From Promethearchaeota archaeon (lineage in GTDB: Archaea > Asgardarchaeota > Lokiarchaeia > Sigyniarchaeales > SOKP01), in NCBI GenBank assembly GCA_048940925.1, contig JBHLOC010000003.1, positions 64,001 to 128,000 on the forward strand: DNA of 64,000 nucleotides, given 5' to 3'. The notes under the pieces were generated by a model, which saw only the letters and a program-made list of their open reading frames with translations, made no database searches and had not been told where the DNA came from. A program made the translations under genes and the position numbers. This document shows, piece after piece, positions 51,601 to 61,215 of the stretch. Position 1 is the first letter of the stretch, and the number at the start of each line of letters is the position of its first letter.

Positions 51601-54178
51601 ATCTGAAATTGAATTTAAGGTACAAGACACACTTCTCTATATTAATCATATTTCCTTAATACTATATCTAATTATACCTGCCGGTTTAAGTCTTAATTTC
51701 TTTATTTATTCAATATTTATAAGTTTAAATCCTATCGTATCAATTTATCTTTGTATTTTAATTTTAAGTGGGGGTGTACTTTTCGAAACTTTCATCATCG
51801 ATAGACATAGTTTCTATTATCTATTCAATTCAACCCGAAACAAATTCATACTTTTATCATGGTTCATATTTTGTAATACTTTATCTATTTTCTTGTTCCA
51901 TTTTCATTTAAATTTACTCTTATTAATGTTAACAATATCAGTGTTGAACCTAATTTCTATTTACTTCTTATCTTATTTAGATATCTCACGTCATAAAATT
52001 TCTATATATCGGGTAATCCTCTATTATAATACATTTATCTGGGGATCTTTTTACTTAGCATCCTTACTATCTGATGGTTTATTATTAATATTTCACGAAT
52101 TAGAAGAATTAGTATACTACTCCTTATTTGTTCAAAATGCTTCTTTTTTATTATTTCTTTTAAGCAACATTTTCATTAAAGTGGAGGAAAGAGTTAAAAA
52201 AAGAGTTGAATTGAGCCTAATTCTTTCTTTTCAGATATTTCTTGCCATTAACTGGATAATACTATTGATTACATATAATATTTTAACTTTTTTCCTCATC
52301 TTTTTGTTAGTATTAATCGAAACATGTATATCGTTTGTATCAGTTTATTACTTTGATTTTATTTTCACTAAAGAAAAGTTTCCTGAATTCAAAACGAAAT
52401 TTTATTCTTTCTTAGTTTTGATATTGTATATTGAAATCAGTTTAATGACTTTTGGGTTGCTGTTTGAAAGGTTAGGTATTTTTGAAAGTATAATCATTTC
52501 ACAATTAATACTTTTCATCTTAACATTATTAGATATATATTTTCTAAAGAAGATTAACAAAAGTTATGGGAATTTCATTCATACTATATGTTATTTTATA
52601 ATATCATTATTTACATTGTTAAGTATAAATCAGTTTATTCGGCAATATCCAATTTTGCTAAGTTTAGAATTTATGATTTTTATAATAATGCAAGTTTATA
52701 CGAATTATTCCTTATTTACTGCGTTGAATCATCTTTATCCTGATAAAAAGGAATCTCTCATTAAACATAGAGCCTATATAACCCATGTATTAGGAGTATG
52801 TTTTTATTTTATTCTATTTTTTCTTTTGCTCCAAGGTTTATTATTATTAGAAGTTAATCCCCAATTAGTATTTTTAAGTTTAAGCTTGATGGTTCATATT
52901 CTAATGATACTTGATCTTTACATAATTAGACTTTTAGGAAAAATAGCAAATTATTTTCGATTAATTTCTTGGATTTTCATAATGATCTTTACCACATCTT
53001 ATTTAATATGGCTTTATGTTGATTATTTTATCCAATTGCTAGCTACCTCTATACCACTCATAATTCTAATCTTAATAATAGAGACTGCCTATCTATTCTA
53101 TCTATTAAGTTTTTCGAAATATATCGTCTCAAACAAAAAGAAAATTAGGTTTCTTTTAATATTAGTTTTATACTTGGACGTTGTAATTTGGCCATTATTT
53201 TATCTTACTTTTAATCTATTGCATGTGCTTAATTTGATAGTTATTTCGAGTATAATTTTGTTTGTTTTAACTTATATTGATAAATATGTGGGTGTATTTG
53301 AAGACAAATCATTATCAAATCTTAGAAAGAGCGTTTTTTTAATAATTAGAGTTTTATTTTCGGTTGATGTCTACATACTCTTAGGATTTGTCCCAAACAC
53401 CAATTTTTTCTTAAATATAAGTGTAGCTCTTTTAATTCTTGTGTTTTTCTTAGGTATTGTGGTTAAACCGTTTAAAGAACATTCTTTTAAGGCTTTTGCT
53501 TTTTGGTTTGTGTTTTCTTTATTATTAAGTTCAATATTATTGCAAGTATCATTAAATTATGCACTTAGTGGAGCAATTCTTTTCATAACAATGCTTATTT
53601 ATCCTTTTGTATTTTTATTAGAAGAATTACGAGAACTTTTCAGTAAATTTTTAGATGCGCTTGTTATCTTCTTAAGAAAAATCAAGCAAGCAATAGTTAA
53701 TATCCTGAATAAAATTTCTAAGTTTTTAAAGACATATTATAAATTGATTTGGATTTTATTCAGTTTATTCATATCTCCCTATTGTGGTTTACTTTTATCT
53801 CCATTGTTTTTAAATTATTTAAGTTGGTATCATTCAATTTTAGTAACCATTGCTATGTTTGGTTTGTTATATTTAGTGATACCGTCTAAAAAGTCAAAAG
53901 ATCCCGATATCATTTTTAAGAGAAGAATGATACGTTTCACAGTTGGTTGGGGAAGTGCAATTACAGTTATTTTTATGTTTATAACTCCAATTTATTATAT
54001 CCTTACTGTTTTTATAGCAATCGCCGTAATTGGAACATTTGTTTTAGTGTATATGGGAAGAAAAGAAGAGAGAGAAAAATTATCTGTCAAATGGAGATTT
54101 TATACTCTTATCACACTTTTTATAGCATTTATTTTCTTTGGAATAATGCTTGTATTACAACTTATATTTGGGTTTTAA
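45659..54178 (+). CDS. Giant polytopic membrane protein (2839 aa, ~89 hydrophobic segments counted by eye)
   Basis: Uninterrupted 8.5-kb ORF of TM hairpins with basic loops; internal ~125-130 aa repeats. Confidence 0.85.
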   Translation: MKSNNSRVSEEKIKKATEFLQKLWWFCFYLIIAPLATAFTGFWIFSLFPGGIYLALPLAVLTFMFALLFFYKAFDKYRNRPFFLNKENNLVARIHILYLISIVSFIVTPIFVIISPEDYSFAILPLISFIVLYNIVYFYYYFQPIGFYDINQEKFRHTINLKLMIKQPYNFMIVINYVVHIVFLAVTFSTELSWLFSLITNLIFYYITYFNTKIQRSKIKEKIKEKESFLQDLTIFKQRFAVSVLNLIFVLLIQMPFVVVFTSVLSGSQYSVLELINSSFLTLIFIIAYFKSRFYLLFHYSRILSIYHHSERSYNINNDVENNKYQKYNAALSVVLILFIILFCFLISNPILILLILPFLYIPFYYEQKAKFSPKKYNKYVFLLNSIGILISISFGILPLISTVFFINIQFIVFLISLYLILQIFVKYDYFHKEDIIIFQNIIAVITFSLITYSFFPIIIINYIRFTSDPVIIIFSNFLLHSTFILIILLVSFYILYSRIFYAKRTKLFRICIFTNIFLIELLIFILINLRAYLILEIFPFFQVVMVSSILFPIIFILFIFMNFLIGLFSYNDFLNYSYYSLWILIFDIFLAILINSLDSFIVLTLDLLLLSIFSYLNLKYAFKIEKIKESTFKKFVEFNSYLMTIELATLIFFFFYSIVLVNLTIYQNIVFSIYFSLIIMTIFVNLFSRNEFFFSKSVSIKTNLITLGFSAGLTFYYSYILTLNTFYVLLIPFMCFFFVLFFPIYYLLKMKIYENLSRKFLLMDCILIAGSITLIPPIISLDHYFRLGLPSNPISVVNYSLYIVFGILIFTYYLIRHYHMKDIYTSRILKTQAIIEVILAGTTVFYYIFLLLYGTLYGLFLSLIAASIFFYLPSVYSYKKRLFNENVLKKIIVGNSLILSGLITSIPTFVGLEMERLGLSIHIIHITTITLFLFFGTLKFLSFLSHKFSLKEKSISFLKLVQIFTWLTISIFLAIELPIIFSFQYFSLFIISNSCLIFFIVNIYTVILLFNYSKELKIHRYLRDILLYGITFSLSFVFVFLIHDSTILNLFPSILRQYNLVWYLGLFFLLVLILLKIFTNFIEVGFKKLKDGLEFISWLFTKVIVCLFLIFIFSYTIFTQIMLYILTFTFLTPITLAYLKKLDLFSEGNQLIIKKLTVILFSISLLSFYIEIFYISSNSILFFNQNPGFQISIIVANVILFLSYLWIEVNEIIENISDYKIFGFYLLSILLFISLLYFNSMLSIFLFILSYTLILSKRSLFPLFRFLSYLILSFITLIKIIALLDYYEIKFEFNLIFIGLSFNIYLLTFISVLLTSVLLNYKKNNLLEKFSLYTSFSILAFVYLITYTHILILYDLTISAFIFLLVVGIHYYREKDEIYKWFIKPCILLFLFDFISFISYSLLFNHPPYLDFYPILTFTLTMSVTGFGFVLLYNKSSERFRKISFIINLLSVILSFPIFIYFLISSSLSIPFGDPIPIIIAINLSVLLFYISIGIYQWKISWMIWKSGWYAWIIIPLANFYIIYRGLTGIDVATNSLELFGIYDFSGSLIISIIICSLMFLPVLYTKIKKYFFHIIFIIWAESLFLLYWISQNLFVADILLRNIFFILFSVVLLFPAFAIFKYWKIASIIWLLSLLVNAFFWQFYLMSLNISLEIASSINILIIGLCLIVYSFFPNIRSIGLILIISYFTVLIGIFLTVYFILYSVILNPIFSVNISLIVVGLSLFSNKYLKLRNRPIDLFLSWILILNFAWLTFNTFSLLPIPGFLLFSFFIALTVFGTSFFVFNHFKMNIPINTVIPYLVVTIGASSSISLLFLIFFNISIGIFITIFSIIFIIFIYFLITEYRYILWFLFPIPITLPILEMILVFEVVRPFWYLTWALLYLVSFQILTNLFKNLVKEEKAEIKNSILKLYEDKTQVKWLNFTCYILNSLLISLLIGIILPLTLRQLLFTQILIIYQILDFLIIWSILFLLCLRYVIKSEIEFKVQDTLLYINHISLILYLIIPAGLSLNFFIYSIFISLNPIVSIYLCILILSGGVLFETFIIDRHSFYYLFNSTRNKFILLSWFIFCNTLSIFLFHFHLNLLLLMLTISVLNLISIYFLSYLDISRHKISIYRVILYYNTFIWGSFYLASLLSDGLLLIFHELEELVYYSLFVQNASFLLFLLSNIFIKVEERVKKRVELSLILSFQIFLAINWIILLITYNILTFFLIFLLVLIETCISFVSVYYFDFIFTKEKFPEFKTKFYSFLVLILYIEISLMTFGLLFERLGIFESIIISQLILFILTLLDIYFLKKINKSYGNFIHTICYFIISLFTLLSINQFIRQYPILLSLEFMIFIIMQVYTNYSLFTALNHLYPDKKESLIKHRAYITHVLGVCFYFILFFLLLQGLLLLEVNPQLVFLSLSLMVHILMILDLYIIRLLGKIANYFRLISWIFIMIFTTSYLIWLYVDYFIQLLATSIPLIILILIIETAYLFYLLSFSKYIVSNKKKIRFLLILVLYLDVVIWPLFYLTFNLLHVLNLIVISSIILFVLTYIDKYVGVFEDKSLSNLRKSVFLIIRVLFSVDVYILLGFVPNTNFFLNISVALLILVFFLGIVVKPFKEHSFKAFAFWFVFSLLLSSILLQVSLNYALSGAILFITMLIYPFVFLLEELRELFSKFLDALVIFLRKIKQAIVNILNKISKFLKTYYKLIWILFSLFISPYCGLLLSPLFLNYLSWYHSILVTIAMFGLLYLVIPSKKSKDPDIIFKRRMIRFTVGWGSAITVIFMFITPIYYILTVFIAIAVIGTFVLVYMGRKEEREKLSVKWRFYTLITLFIAFIFFGIMLVLQLIFGF

Positions 54179-54410
54179 TCGAAAATAGTTCATATTTCTT
54201 ATTTGATTTTTAGAAAACAGTAACCTTTTGATTTTTCTGTCAATAGTTTTTATTATTTTCAAATATATATATTAAAATTTTATATAACAATATGTTGTTC
54301 ATGAATAAAGAAAGTTGAAAACTTTAAATACATGTTAAAATGAACTAGTATTTGATCAAAATAAATTTAATCCAAAAAACGAAAAAAAGAAGAGTAAAGT
54401 GATCTAAAAA

Positions 54411-55853
54411 ATGGAATCTTTAACTAAAAGAATCATTGCTATTGTCCTTATTGTAGTCATCGGTGTTGGTATTGGTGTAGGTGTGTGGGTTTTTCTTGGT
54501 CAAGGAGCAGGAACATATTCATGGAGTGCTAAAGATTGTCCTGGAGCTCCAGATGATATTAAAGCAGATCAAATAATTAAGGTCGGAATAATAGGTGATA
54601 CAGAGAGGATACAAGGTGAGGGATCCTTACATGGAGCATTGTTAGCAGCAGAACAAATAAATGAAGCGGGTGGTATTGAAATGGATGGGACAAAATATTA
54701 TATTGGAATTGTTAGTGCTAATTCAGATGAAGCAAATCCTATACTAGATACATCAGTAGCTGTTCGTGCTGCGAAAAGACTTATTAATTTTTATCAAGTT
54801 GATTTCGCATCAGGATCATTTAGAACTGAAGCAGCATTAGCTTACCAAGAATTATTTGCGGTAAAAAAAATTGTATTTTGGAATACTGGGGCAGCGACAC
54901 CAGCACTTACCCAGAAGGTTCTTGATGATTATGCCACATATAAATACTATTTTCAACCAAGTCCACAAAACGTAAGTGGATTAGCAAATAATTTAATTTA
55001 TTTAATACTTGGAACATCTTACTTTAATCATTTTCCACCATCGATGGGCGGCTTAGGTTTTTCAATGCTAAATTTTTCTTTCATGAGAGAAGATCTAGCT
55101 TGGACTAAAGATTTTGCAGATGCTATGATTGAAAACTTAGAAAGTAATAGTTTATTTAATCTGAGCTATACTGGTGTTGATATTGCATTCCCTCAAGATA
55201 TCACTGCTGTAGAAATGGAAAGTCATTGGGACACAGTTGATAAAGCAAAGACCCAAATAGTAGTCCCTATAATTTCTGGTTCTGCAGGATTAACCTTTTG
55301 TCAATCATATGCTTCAAAGAAGCCAAAATGTATCCCTATCGGTATTAATGTTCTATCTCAGGATGGGGAATTTTGGGAACTTTCTGAGGGTACTTGTGAA
55401 TATGGAGTTAGTTTAGAATCTGTATATGAAACAAATAAAACTCCATTAACTCTTCCTTTCTGGAATGCTTATGTAGAGAAATGGGAACAAACACCAATTT
55501 ATACTGCTACTGGTACATATGATTCGATGTTTCAGCTTGCTTGGGCATTAAACGATACTCAATCAACTGATCCCGATGGGATAGTTGATGCATTAGAAAG
55601 TTGGACTACTAATTTAACTGAAGGTAATTATATGATAGGCGCTGGTGGGTTTGTTGCTTATGATAAGAGTCATTGCACCATCCTTGGCTATCCATTTAGT
55701 GCAGCATTAGCTATTCAATGGTATGATGGAGAAAAGATATTAGTTCCAGGACAACTTCTTTATCCAAGTGGAGGCCTCAGTCCATATGGTCCTGCTCTTG
55801 AGAATATGAGCCCATTAGCATTGCCCTCATGGAAAATCTGGGGAGAACCTTAA
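54411..55853 (+). CDS. Liv-type (HAAT) ABC substrate-binding protein, membrane anchored
   Basis: IKVGIIG, GALLAAEQINEAGGI, N-terminal TM; upstream of livHMGF. Confidence 0.88.
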   Translation: MESLTKRIIAIVLIVVIGVGIGVGVWVFLGQGAGTYSWSAKDCPGAPDDIKADQIIKVGIIGDTERIQGEGSLHGALLAAEQINEAGGIEMDGTKYYIGIVSANSDEANPILDTSVAVRAAKRLINFYQVDFASGSFRTEAALAYQELFAVKKIVFWNTGAATPALTQKVLDDYATYKYYFQPSPQNVSGLANNLIYLILGTSYFNHFPPSMGGLGFSMLNFSFMREDLAWTKDFADAMIENLESNSLFNLSYTGVDIAFPQDITAVEMESHWDTVDKAKTQIVVPIISGSAGLTFCQSYASKKPKCIPIGINVLSQDGEFWELSEGTCEYGVSLESVYETNKTPLTLPFWNAYVEKWEQTPIYTATGTYDSMFQLAWALNDTQSTDPDGIVDALESWTTNLTEGNYMIGAGGFVAYDKSHCTILGYPFSAALAIQWYDGEKILVPGQLLYPSGGLSPYGPALENMSPLALPSWKIWGEP

Positions 55854-55884
55854 CCAAGAAACTTAAAAATAATATTTAAATAAC

Positions 55885-55896
55885 TTTTTTTTTTTT
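55885..55896 (+). terminator. Oligo-T archaeal terminator after the SBP gene
   Basis: Run of ~12 T about 30 nt after the stop. Confidence 0.4.
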
Positions 55897-56074
55897 CATT
55901 TATTTTTAATTCTTATTTAATTTACACTTAGGGATGTAAGCGAATAATAAGCTTTTTAAGTTATAGAATAAAAATATTTTTAATATATGTGAATTAATAT
56001 TTTGAGCATTTTAATTAACGAAATGACTTATCATAAATGCTTATGGAAAAATATCATCAATAAGGGGATTTTAA

Positions 56075-57115
56075 TTGGTTGTTGAACAAATAATAATTTT
56101 TGGAGCAGTTCAAGGAGCAGTGTATGCGTTATATGCATTGGGATATTCCTTGGTTTATGGGGTAGGGGGTATTTTGAATTTAGCTCATGGTGCATATTAT
56201 TTGGCTGCGATGTATGGTTTTTATTTTACTTGGTTAATATTAGGAGGAACAAGTGGTCTGATTATAGGAATGGGTATTGGATTAATTGTCGCAGTAGTAA
56301 TCGCGATGCTGTCATATTTCTTAATCATTAAACCTTTAGAACACTCTGAAATAAGCGTTTTGATAGGTACATTTGCGATAGGTTTTTTTATGGAAACTTT
56401 AGTAATAGTTATATATGATCCGAACTTCCATGTAATTGGAAAATTATTTACTGGTTATATAAATATTCAAGTAATAATTATTTTAACCTTTATTATAGTA
56501 GGTTTTTTGGAAGGAAATTTAATATTAGCCATTTATGAGATTATTATAAAGAAATTTAAATACATAAAAGTGCATATACTTTCTCTTCTTGGTATAGCAT
56601 TAATAAGCCTATTATACATTCCTATTTCTATAGAAAAACCAACAGTGATTTCTCTTCCTTTTCAATATATCTTAATTATTATTGTATCATTAATAGTTGT
56701 AACTTTGGTAACGATTTTTATAAGTAAATCAAAATTAGGAAAATCTATTCGAGCTGTGTCACAAGATCGTGAAGCTGCTATGCTTATGGGCATAAATGTT
56801 GATAGAATTCTATTATTTACTATTATGTTATCTGCATTGCTTGTTGGTATTGCCGCAATTCTTTATTGTCCTGTAGATATAATAGCTCCTCATTTAGGTT
56901 GGAGTGTACTTACGGCAGCAATTGCAGTTGTTATACTCGGAGGATTGGGAAGTCTCCCTGGTAGTGTAGTTGGAGCATTTATTATAGGTTATGCCAGAAT
57001 TATTACCGATTATCTCATCGATCCAGTCTATTCTTCTTTAATTCCAGTTATAGTCATAATAATAATTCTTGTCGTTAGACCTAGAGGTTTATTTGGCAAA
57101 AAAGAAATTTACTGA
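56075..57115 (+). CDS. livH: Branched-chain amino acid-type ABC permease
   Basis: ALGYSLVYG...LNLAHG, GKSIRAVSQDREAA.LMGI, LGGLGS, RPRGLFG. Confidence 0.9.
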   Translation: MVVEQIIIFGAVQGAVYALYALGYSLVYGVGGILNLAHGAYYLAAMYGFYFTWLILGGTSGLIIGMGIGLIVAVVIAMLSYFLIIKPLEHSEISVLIGTFAIGFFMETLVIVIYDPNFHVIGKLFTGYINIQVIIILTFIIVGFLEGNLILAIYEIIIKKFKYIKVHILSLLGIALISLLYIPISIEKPTVISLPFQYILIIIVSLIVVTLVTIFISKSKLGKSIRAVSQDREAAMLMGINVDRILLFTIMLSALLVGIAAILYCPVDIIAPHLGWSVLTAAIAVVILGGLGSLPGSVVGAFIIGYARIITDYLIDPVYSSLIPVIVIIIILVVRPRGLFGKKEIY

Positions 57116-57149
57116 TTAAAAAATTGATGAATTAGGGATGATTTGAAAT

Positions 57150-58202
57150 ATGAAAAAATTAAGTGAAAAAGTTAGAGAAGTTCCAGATTATTTGAAGAAT
57201 TGGGTATTAACTTTTAAAGGTGGATTAACCTTATTCTGTTTAGCAATACTCTTTCTTATTCCAATTTTTACTCAAAATGAGTATTATTTAGAAATTTTTG
57301 TCCTGGCAATGATATTCACGATTTTTGCTGCTAGCTGGGATTTTTTAGCAGGTTTTACTGGACAAGTTAGTTTTGGGCATGCTATTTTCTTTGGTTTATC
57401 TGCTTATACCGTTGGCTTTTTACTGGTATCTCTTAACTTTTCCTGGGAAATTTCTTTATTATTTGGGATATTAATCTCAGTAATTATTGGTTTTTTAGTA
57501 GGAGCTGTTTGTTTAAGATTGAAGGGACCTTACTTGGCTGTAGGTACCTTGATAATAAGTCTAATGTTATTAAATTTATTTAAAATAGGGCCAATAAAAG
57601 ATTATCTCGAGGCAAGACATATTTATGGTTGGGGAGATGAAGGCATATCAAGTGTACCCGCATTATCTCCCGATTCCGTTCTAGTTTATTATGCTCTTTT
57701 ACTATTTATGATTTTTTCATTAATAATATTGATCCAAATTTCTAAATCAAATATGGGCACAATTTTAAAATCTATTCGTGATGATGAAACGGGAGCAGAA
57801 GCTTCAGGTATTAATACAACAAAGTATAAAGTTATTGGATTTGTAATTAGTGCTGCATTTGCAGGACTTGCTGGAGGTCTTTTTGTAATGTTTAATAGAA
57901 GTGTAAATCCCCTGATTTATCAACCATATTATTCATTTGTTGTGATTGTTATGGCTGCATTAGGTGGAATCGCAACAATCTCTGGATCTGCCTTAGGGGC
58001 ATTTACATTTATTTTTTTAGCCGAAATTCTTAGAATAGTGGAGACTACGAGTCCTGCAAACCCTATTATTGAAGCTATCTCTAATTCTTCATTTATCTTT
58101 TCAATAATGCTGATAATTATAATTAGATTTGTTTCAGAGGGGATTTTAAAATCTGCCTTAGAAAAATTAAAAGATATGTGGGATATATTACTTGGAAGGT
58201 AG
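57150..58202 (+). CDS. livM: Branched-chain amino acid-type ABC permease
   Basis: GFTGQVSFGH, LRLKGPYLA, IRDDE..A...GIN. Confidence 0.9.
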   Translation: MKKLSEKVREVPDYLKNWVLTFKGGLTLFCLAILFLIPIFTQNEYYLEIFVLAMIFTIFAASWDFLAGFTGQVSFGHAIFFGLSAYTVGFLLVSLNFSWEISLLFGILISVIIGFLVGAVCLRLKGPYLAVGTLIISLMLLNLFKIGPIKDYLEARHIYGWGDEGISSVPALSPDSVLVYYALLLFMIFSLIILIQISKSNMGTILKSIRDDETGAEASGINTTKYKVIGFVISAAFAGLAGGLFVMFNRSVNPLIYQPYYSFVVIVMAALGGIATISGSALGAFTFIFLAEILRIVETTSPANPIIEAISNSSFIFSIMLIIIIRFVSEGILKSALEKLKDMWDILLGR

Positions 58203-58237
58203 ATATTATTTAATTATGACATATTTAAAAGAAGAAA

Positions 58238-58990
58238 GTGCTTAGTATTATGGGTGTTATTTTAGAAGTTAAAAATTTAACTAAAAAATACAGCGGACTA
58301 ACAGCAGTTAATGATTTCAGTTTTGAAATTAAAAGAGGAGAATTTGTTGGACTAATTGGTCCAAACGGAGCTGGAAAGACTACTGTATTTAATTTAATTT
58401 CTGGATTTGAAAAACCAAATTCAGGCACAATTAGATTTGATGGACGAAATATTACAGGCATGGACTCTTATAAATTAGTTAATTTAGGTCTAGCGAGAAC
58501 CTTTCAACTTGTTAGGTCTTTTAAATTTATGACTCTTCTTGATAATATTTCTGTGTCTTGCTTATCTTCAAGAGGAAAAAAAGTTGCCCATGATTATGGA
58601 ATTGAAGAATATGCTAGTACAATTCTAGCCTCAGTAGGACTGGTAGATAAAGCTAGGATCCCTCCCGTTATATTACCTCACGGAGATCTGAGAAAGCTAC
58701 AGATAGGTAAGGCCTTAGGTTCCAATCCTCAATTGCTACTTCTTGATGAGCCTTTTAGCGGGCTTTCTCATGAAGAACAAGATGTTATAACTGATTTAAT
58801 AAAAAAATTAAATGATGATGGAGTTACCATTTTTATTACAGGACACGTATTACGAGAATTAATGCATCTTGTACCAAGAGTAATAGCGATGCATCAAGGT
58901 AAATTTATTACTGAAGGAACTCCTCAAGAAGTTGCGAATAATAAAATTGTGGTAGAGGCTTATTTAGGAAAAGGTGGAAAATTTGCTTGA
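58238..58990 (+). CDS. livG: Branched-chain amino acid-type ABC ATPase
   Basis: GPNGAGKTT.FN, GLARTFQ, LLLDEP, VVEAYLG. Confidence 0.92.
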   Translation: MLSIMGVILEVKNLTKKYSGLTAVNDFSFEIKRGEFVGLIGPNGAGKTTVFNLISGFEKPNSGTIRFDGRNITGMDSYKLVNLGLARTFQLVRSFKFMTLLDNISVSCLSSRGKKVAHDYGIEEYASTILASVGLVDKARIPPVILPHGDLRKLQIGKALGSNPQLLLLDEPFSGLSHEEQDVITDLIKKLNDDGVTIFITGHVLRELMHLVPRVIAMHQGKFITEGTPQEVANNKIVVEAYLGKGGKFA

Positions 58991-59687
58991 AATAAAAAAA
59001 ATATATCATTATTATGGAAAGGCTAAAGCTCTTGAAGAAATTAATTTAAAAATCGAAGAAGAGGCTCTTGATGCAGTAATAGGGCCAAATGGAGCTGGAA
59101 AAAGCACGCTTCTACGAGTGATTTCTGGACTTGAAGAACCAGATAGAGGAAAAATTGAATTTCTTGGTGAGAGAATTGATGAGTTAAAAGCTCATAAAAT
59201 TGCTAGAAAAGGTATCGGTCACTGTCCAGAACGACGTAGATTATTCTATGATATGTCTGTTATGGAAAACCTTGAGATGGGGGCCTATTCCCTAAAAGAT
59301 AGGAAGAAATTTAAACAAATGTTGAATTTTGTATTTGAATTATTCCCTCGTTTGGAAGAAAGAAAGAAACAACGAGCAGGAACATTAAGCGGTGGGGAAC
59401 AACAAATGCTTGCCATCGCACGTGCAATCATGTCAAGTCCAAAATTACTATTAATGGACGAACCTTCATTAGGGTTAGCTCCCAAGGTTAAAGAAAAAAT
59501 ATTTGAAGCTATAGAACAAATTAAAAACGAAGGAACAACAACTTTATTGGTTGAACAAGATGCTGTACTTGCTATGGAGGTTGCTCAAAATATTCATGTT
59601 CTTGAAGAAGGAAAAATAGAGATGAGAGGAACAAAAGAGGAATTAGAAAGAGAACCTCGAATAAAACAAGTATATTTAGGAATTTAG
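58974..59687 (+). CDS. livF: Branched-chain amino acid-type ABC ATPase
   Basis: GPNGAGKST, PERRRLF, LFPRL.ER..Q.AGTLSGGEQQM, DEPSLGLAP; true start probably TTG 58983. Confidence 0.93.
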   Translation: MENLLEIKKIYHYYGKAKALEEINLKIEEEALDAVIGPNGAGKSTLLRVISGLEEPDRGKIEFLGERIDELKAHKIARKGIGHCPERRRLFYDMSVMENLEMGAYSLKDRKKFKQMLNFVFELFPRLEERKKQRAGTLSGGEQQMLAIARAIMSSPKLLLMDEPSLGLAPKVKEKIFEAIEQIKNEGTTTLLVEQDAVLAMEVAQNIHVLEEGKIEMRGTKEELEREPRIKQVYLGI

Positions 59688-59698
59688 GGTGATAAGAA

Positions 59699-61138
59699 TT
59701 GTCGGCTCCATTAGAAAAGTTGTTAAGAGATGCCAGAATTGATCTTGTGCTATCAAGGATAGAAAAGGATCCTACAGTTATAGATGAAGTTATCAACTAT
59801 GTTGATAGTGATAGTAGATCTATAAAATTTAATTCAATTATAGTTTTGGGAGACTTAGGGGAACAATCTTCAAAAGCTGTACCGACATTAATAAATCGGT
59901 TGAATGATAGTGATTGGAGTGTATGTCGAGAGTCAGCGCGTACTTTAGGAAAAATAGGGAAAAAAGCTGAAATTGCTGTTCCAGATTTAACAAAACTATT
60001 AGATAATAAAGAAGATTCTATTCGGAAAGAAGCTGCGGTTGCTCTAGGAAAAATTGGACTTACTAGTGAGAATTCAATTTCTAAATTGTGCAGTGCTTTA
60101 GAAGATAATAATGAAGAAATCCGTGCCGCAGTAGCTAATGCATGTGGTGAAATTGGAGCAGATGCTTATAACGCCATTCCTGCTCTTATGAAAAGTCTTA
60201 AAGACGTGAGTTGGGCGGTTCGAACAGCAGCAGCAGCAGCTATTAGCAATATTGGAAGAGGAACTATAAAAACAATCCCAAGCTTAATAGACGCACTTGA
60301 GGATGATGATTGGAGAGTGCGTTTTAGGGTTGTAAATACTCTTGCAGAAATTGGGGAAGAATCGATTCCAAATCTTTTAAGAGTTTTAACTCATAAAAAC
60401 CCAGTAGTAAGAAAGGAAGCGCTTGAAACATTAGGAGAAATTAAGAAAGCGGACCCACAGGTTATCGAAGATACTGCGAAGCTTTTATTTGATAAAAAAG
60501 AAGTAGTACGAGGAAAAGCTGCTGATACCCTTCGAAGCATTGGTAAAGAGAGTATTCCTATATTTATTGAAGCTTATGATAAATCTAAAAATAATATGAA
60601 AAATATAATCATTTCTTCTATTGGTGGTATTGGATTAGAAGCTTCAGCTGCGATCCCTTTCTTGACAGAAATTTTAAAAACTCCAGAACAAGAAATAGAG
60701 AATTTATCCACTATTAATTATATGATTAAAAGACCATTAATAGCATTTTTTAAGGATCCATTCTCATCAAAGGCTAGACAAAGAGTAGAAACAGCAAGAG
60801 CACTGGGAAAAATTGGTCTCAATTCAGAAGAATCAGTTTCTGCTCTTGAATTAGCTTTAAATGATCCTAAAGATAATGTACGACGAGAAGCTGCACTTTC
60901 TTTAGGGAAATTAGGTTCTTCATCAAGATCTGCAGTTCCTTCTTTAATTAAAACATTAAAAGATAAGAATCGAGATGTAAGATGGCGTGCTTCTGAAGCA
61001 TTAGGATTAATAGGTGTAAAAACTGAAGATGTAGTTTCAAATTTAAACACACTAATTCATGATAAGTGTGATTATGTCTGCGAATCTGCTATTACTGCAT
61101 TAGATTCTTTAACCGAAGAAGAACACAAATATTATTAG
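59699..61138 (+). CDS. HEAT-repeat (PBS lyase-type) protein
   Basis: Many ~31-33 aa repeats L.D....VR..AA.ALG.IG. Confidence 0.92.
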   Translation: MSAPLEKLLRDARIDLVLSRIEKDPTVIDEVINYVDSDSRSIKFNSIIVLGDLGEQSSKAVPTLINRLNDSDWSVCRESARTLGKIGKKAEIAVPDLTKLLDNKEDSIRKEAAVALGKIGLTSENSISKLCSALEDNNEEIRAAVANACGEIGADAYNAIPALMKSLKDVSWAVRTAAAAAISNIGRGTIKTIPSLIDALEDDDWRVRFRVVNTLAEIGEESIPNLLRVLTHKNPVVRKEALETLGEIKKADPQVIEDTAKLLFDKKEVVRGKAADTLRSIGKESIPIFIEAYDKSKNNMKNIIISSIGGIGLEASAAIPFLTEILKTPEQEIENLSTINYMIKRPLIAFFKDPFSSKARQRVETARALGKIGLNSEESVSALELALNDPKDNVRREAALSLGKLGSSSRSAVPSLIKTLKDKNRDVRWRASEALGLIGVKTEDVVSNLNTLIHDKCDYVCESAITALDSLTEEEHKYY

Positions 61139-61215
61139 CAGATCCATATTTTTTTTAAATAAAATATTATTTTGTGATAATTCTAAAAAAGCATTTATAA
61201 AGAGGTAACTAAAAG

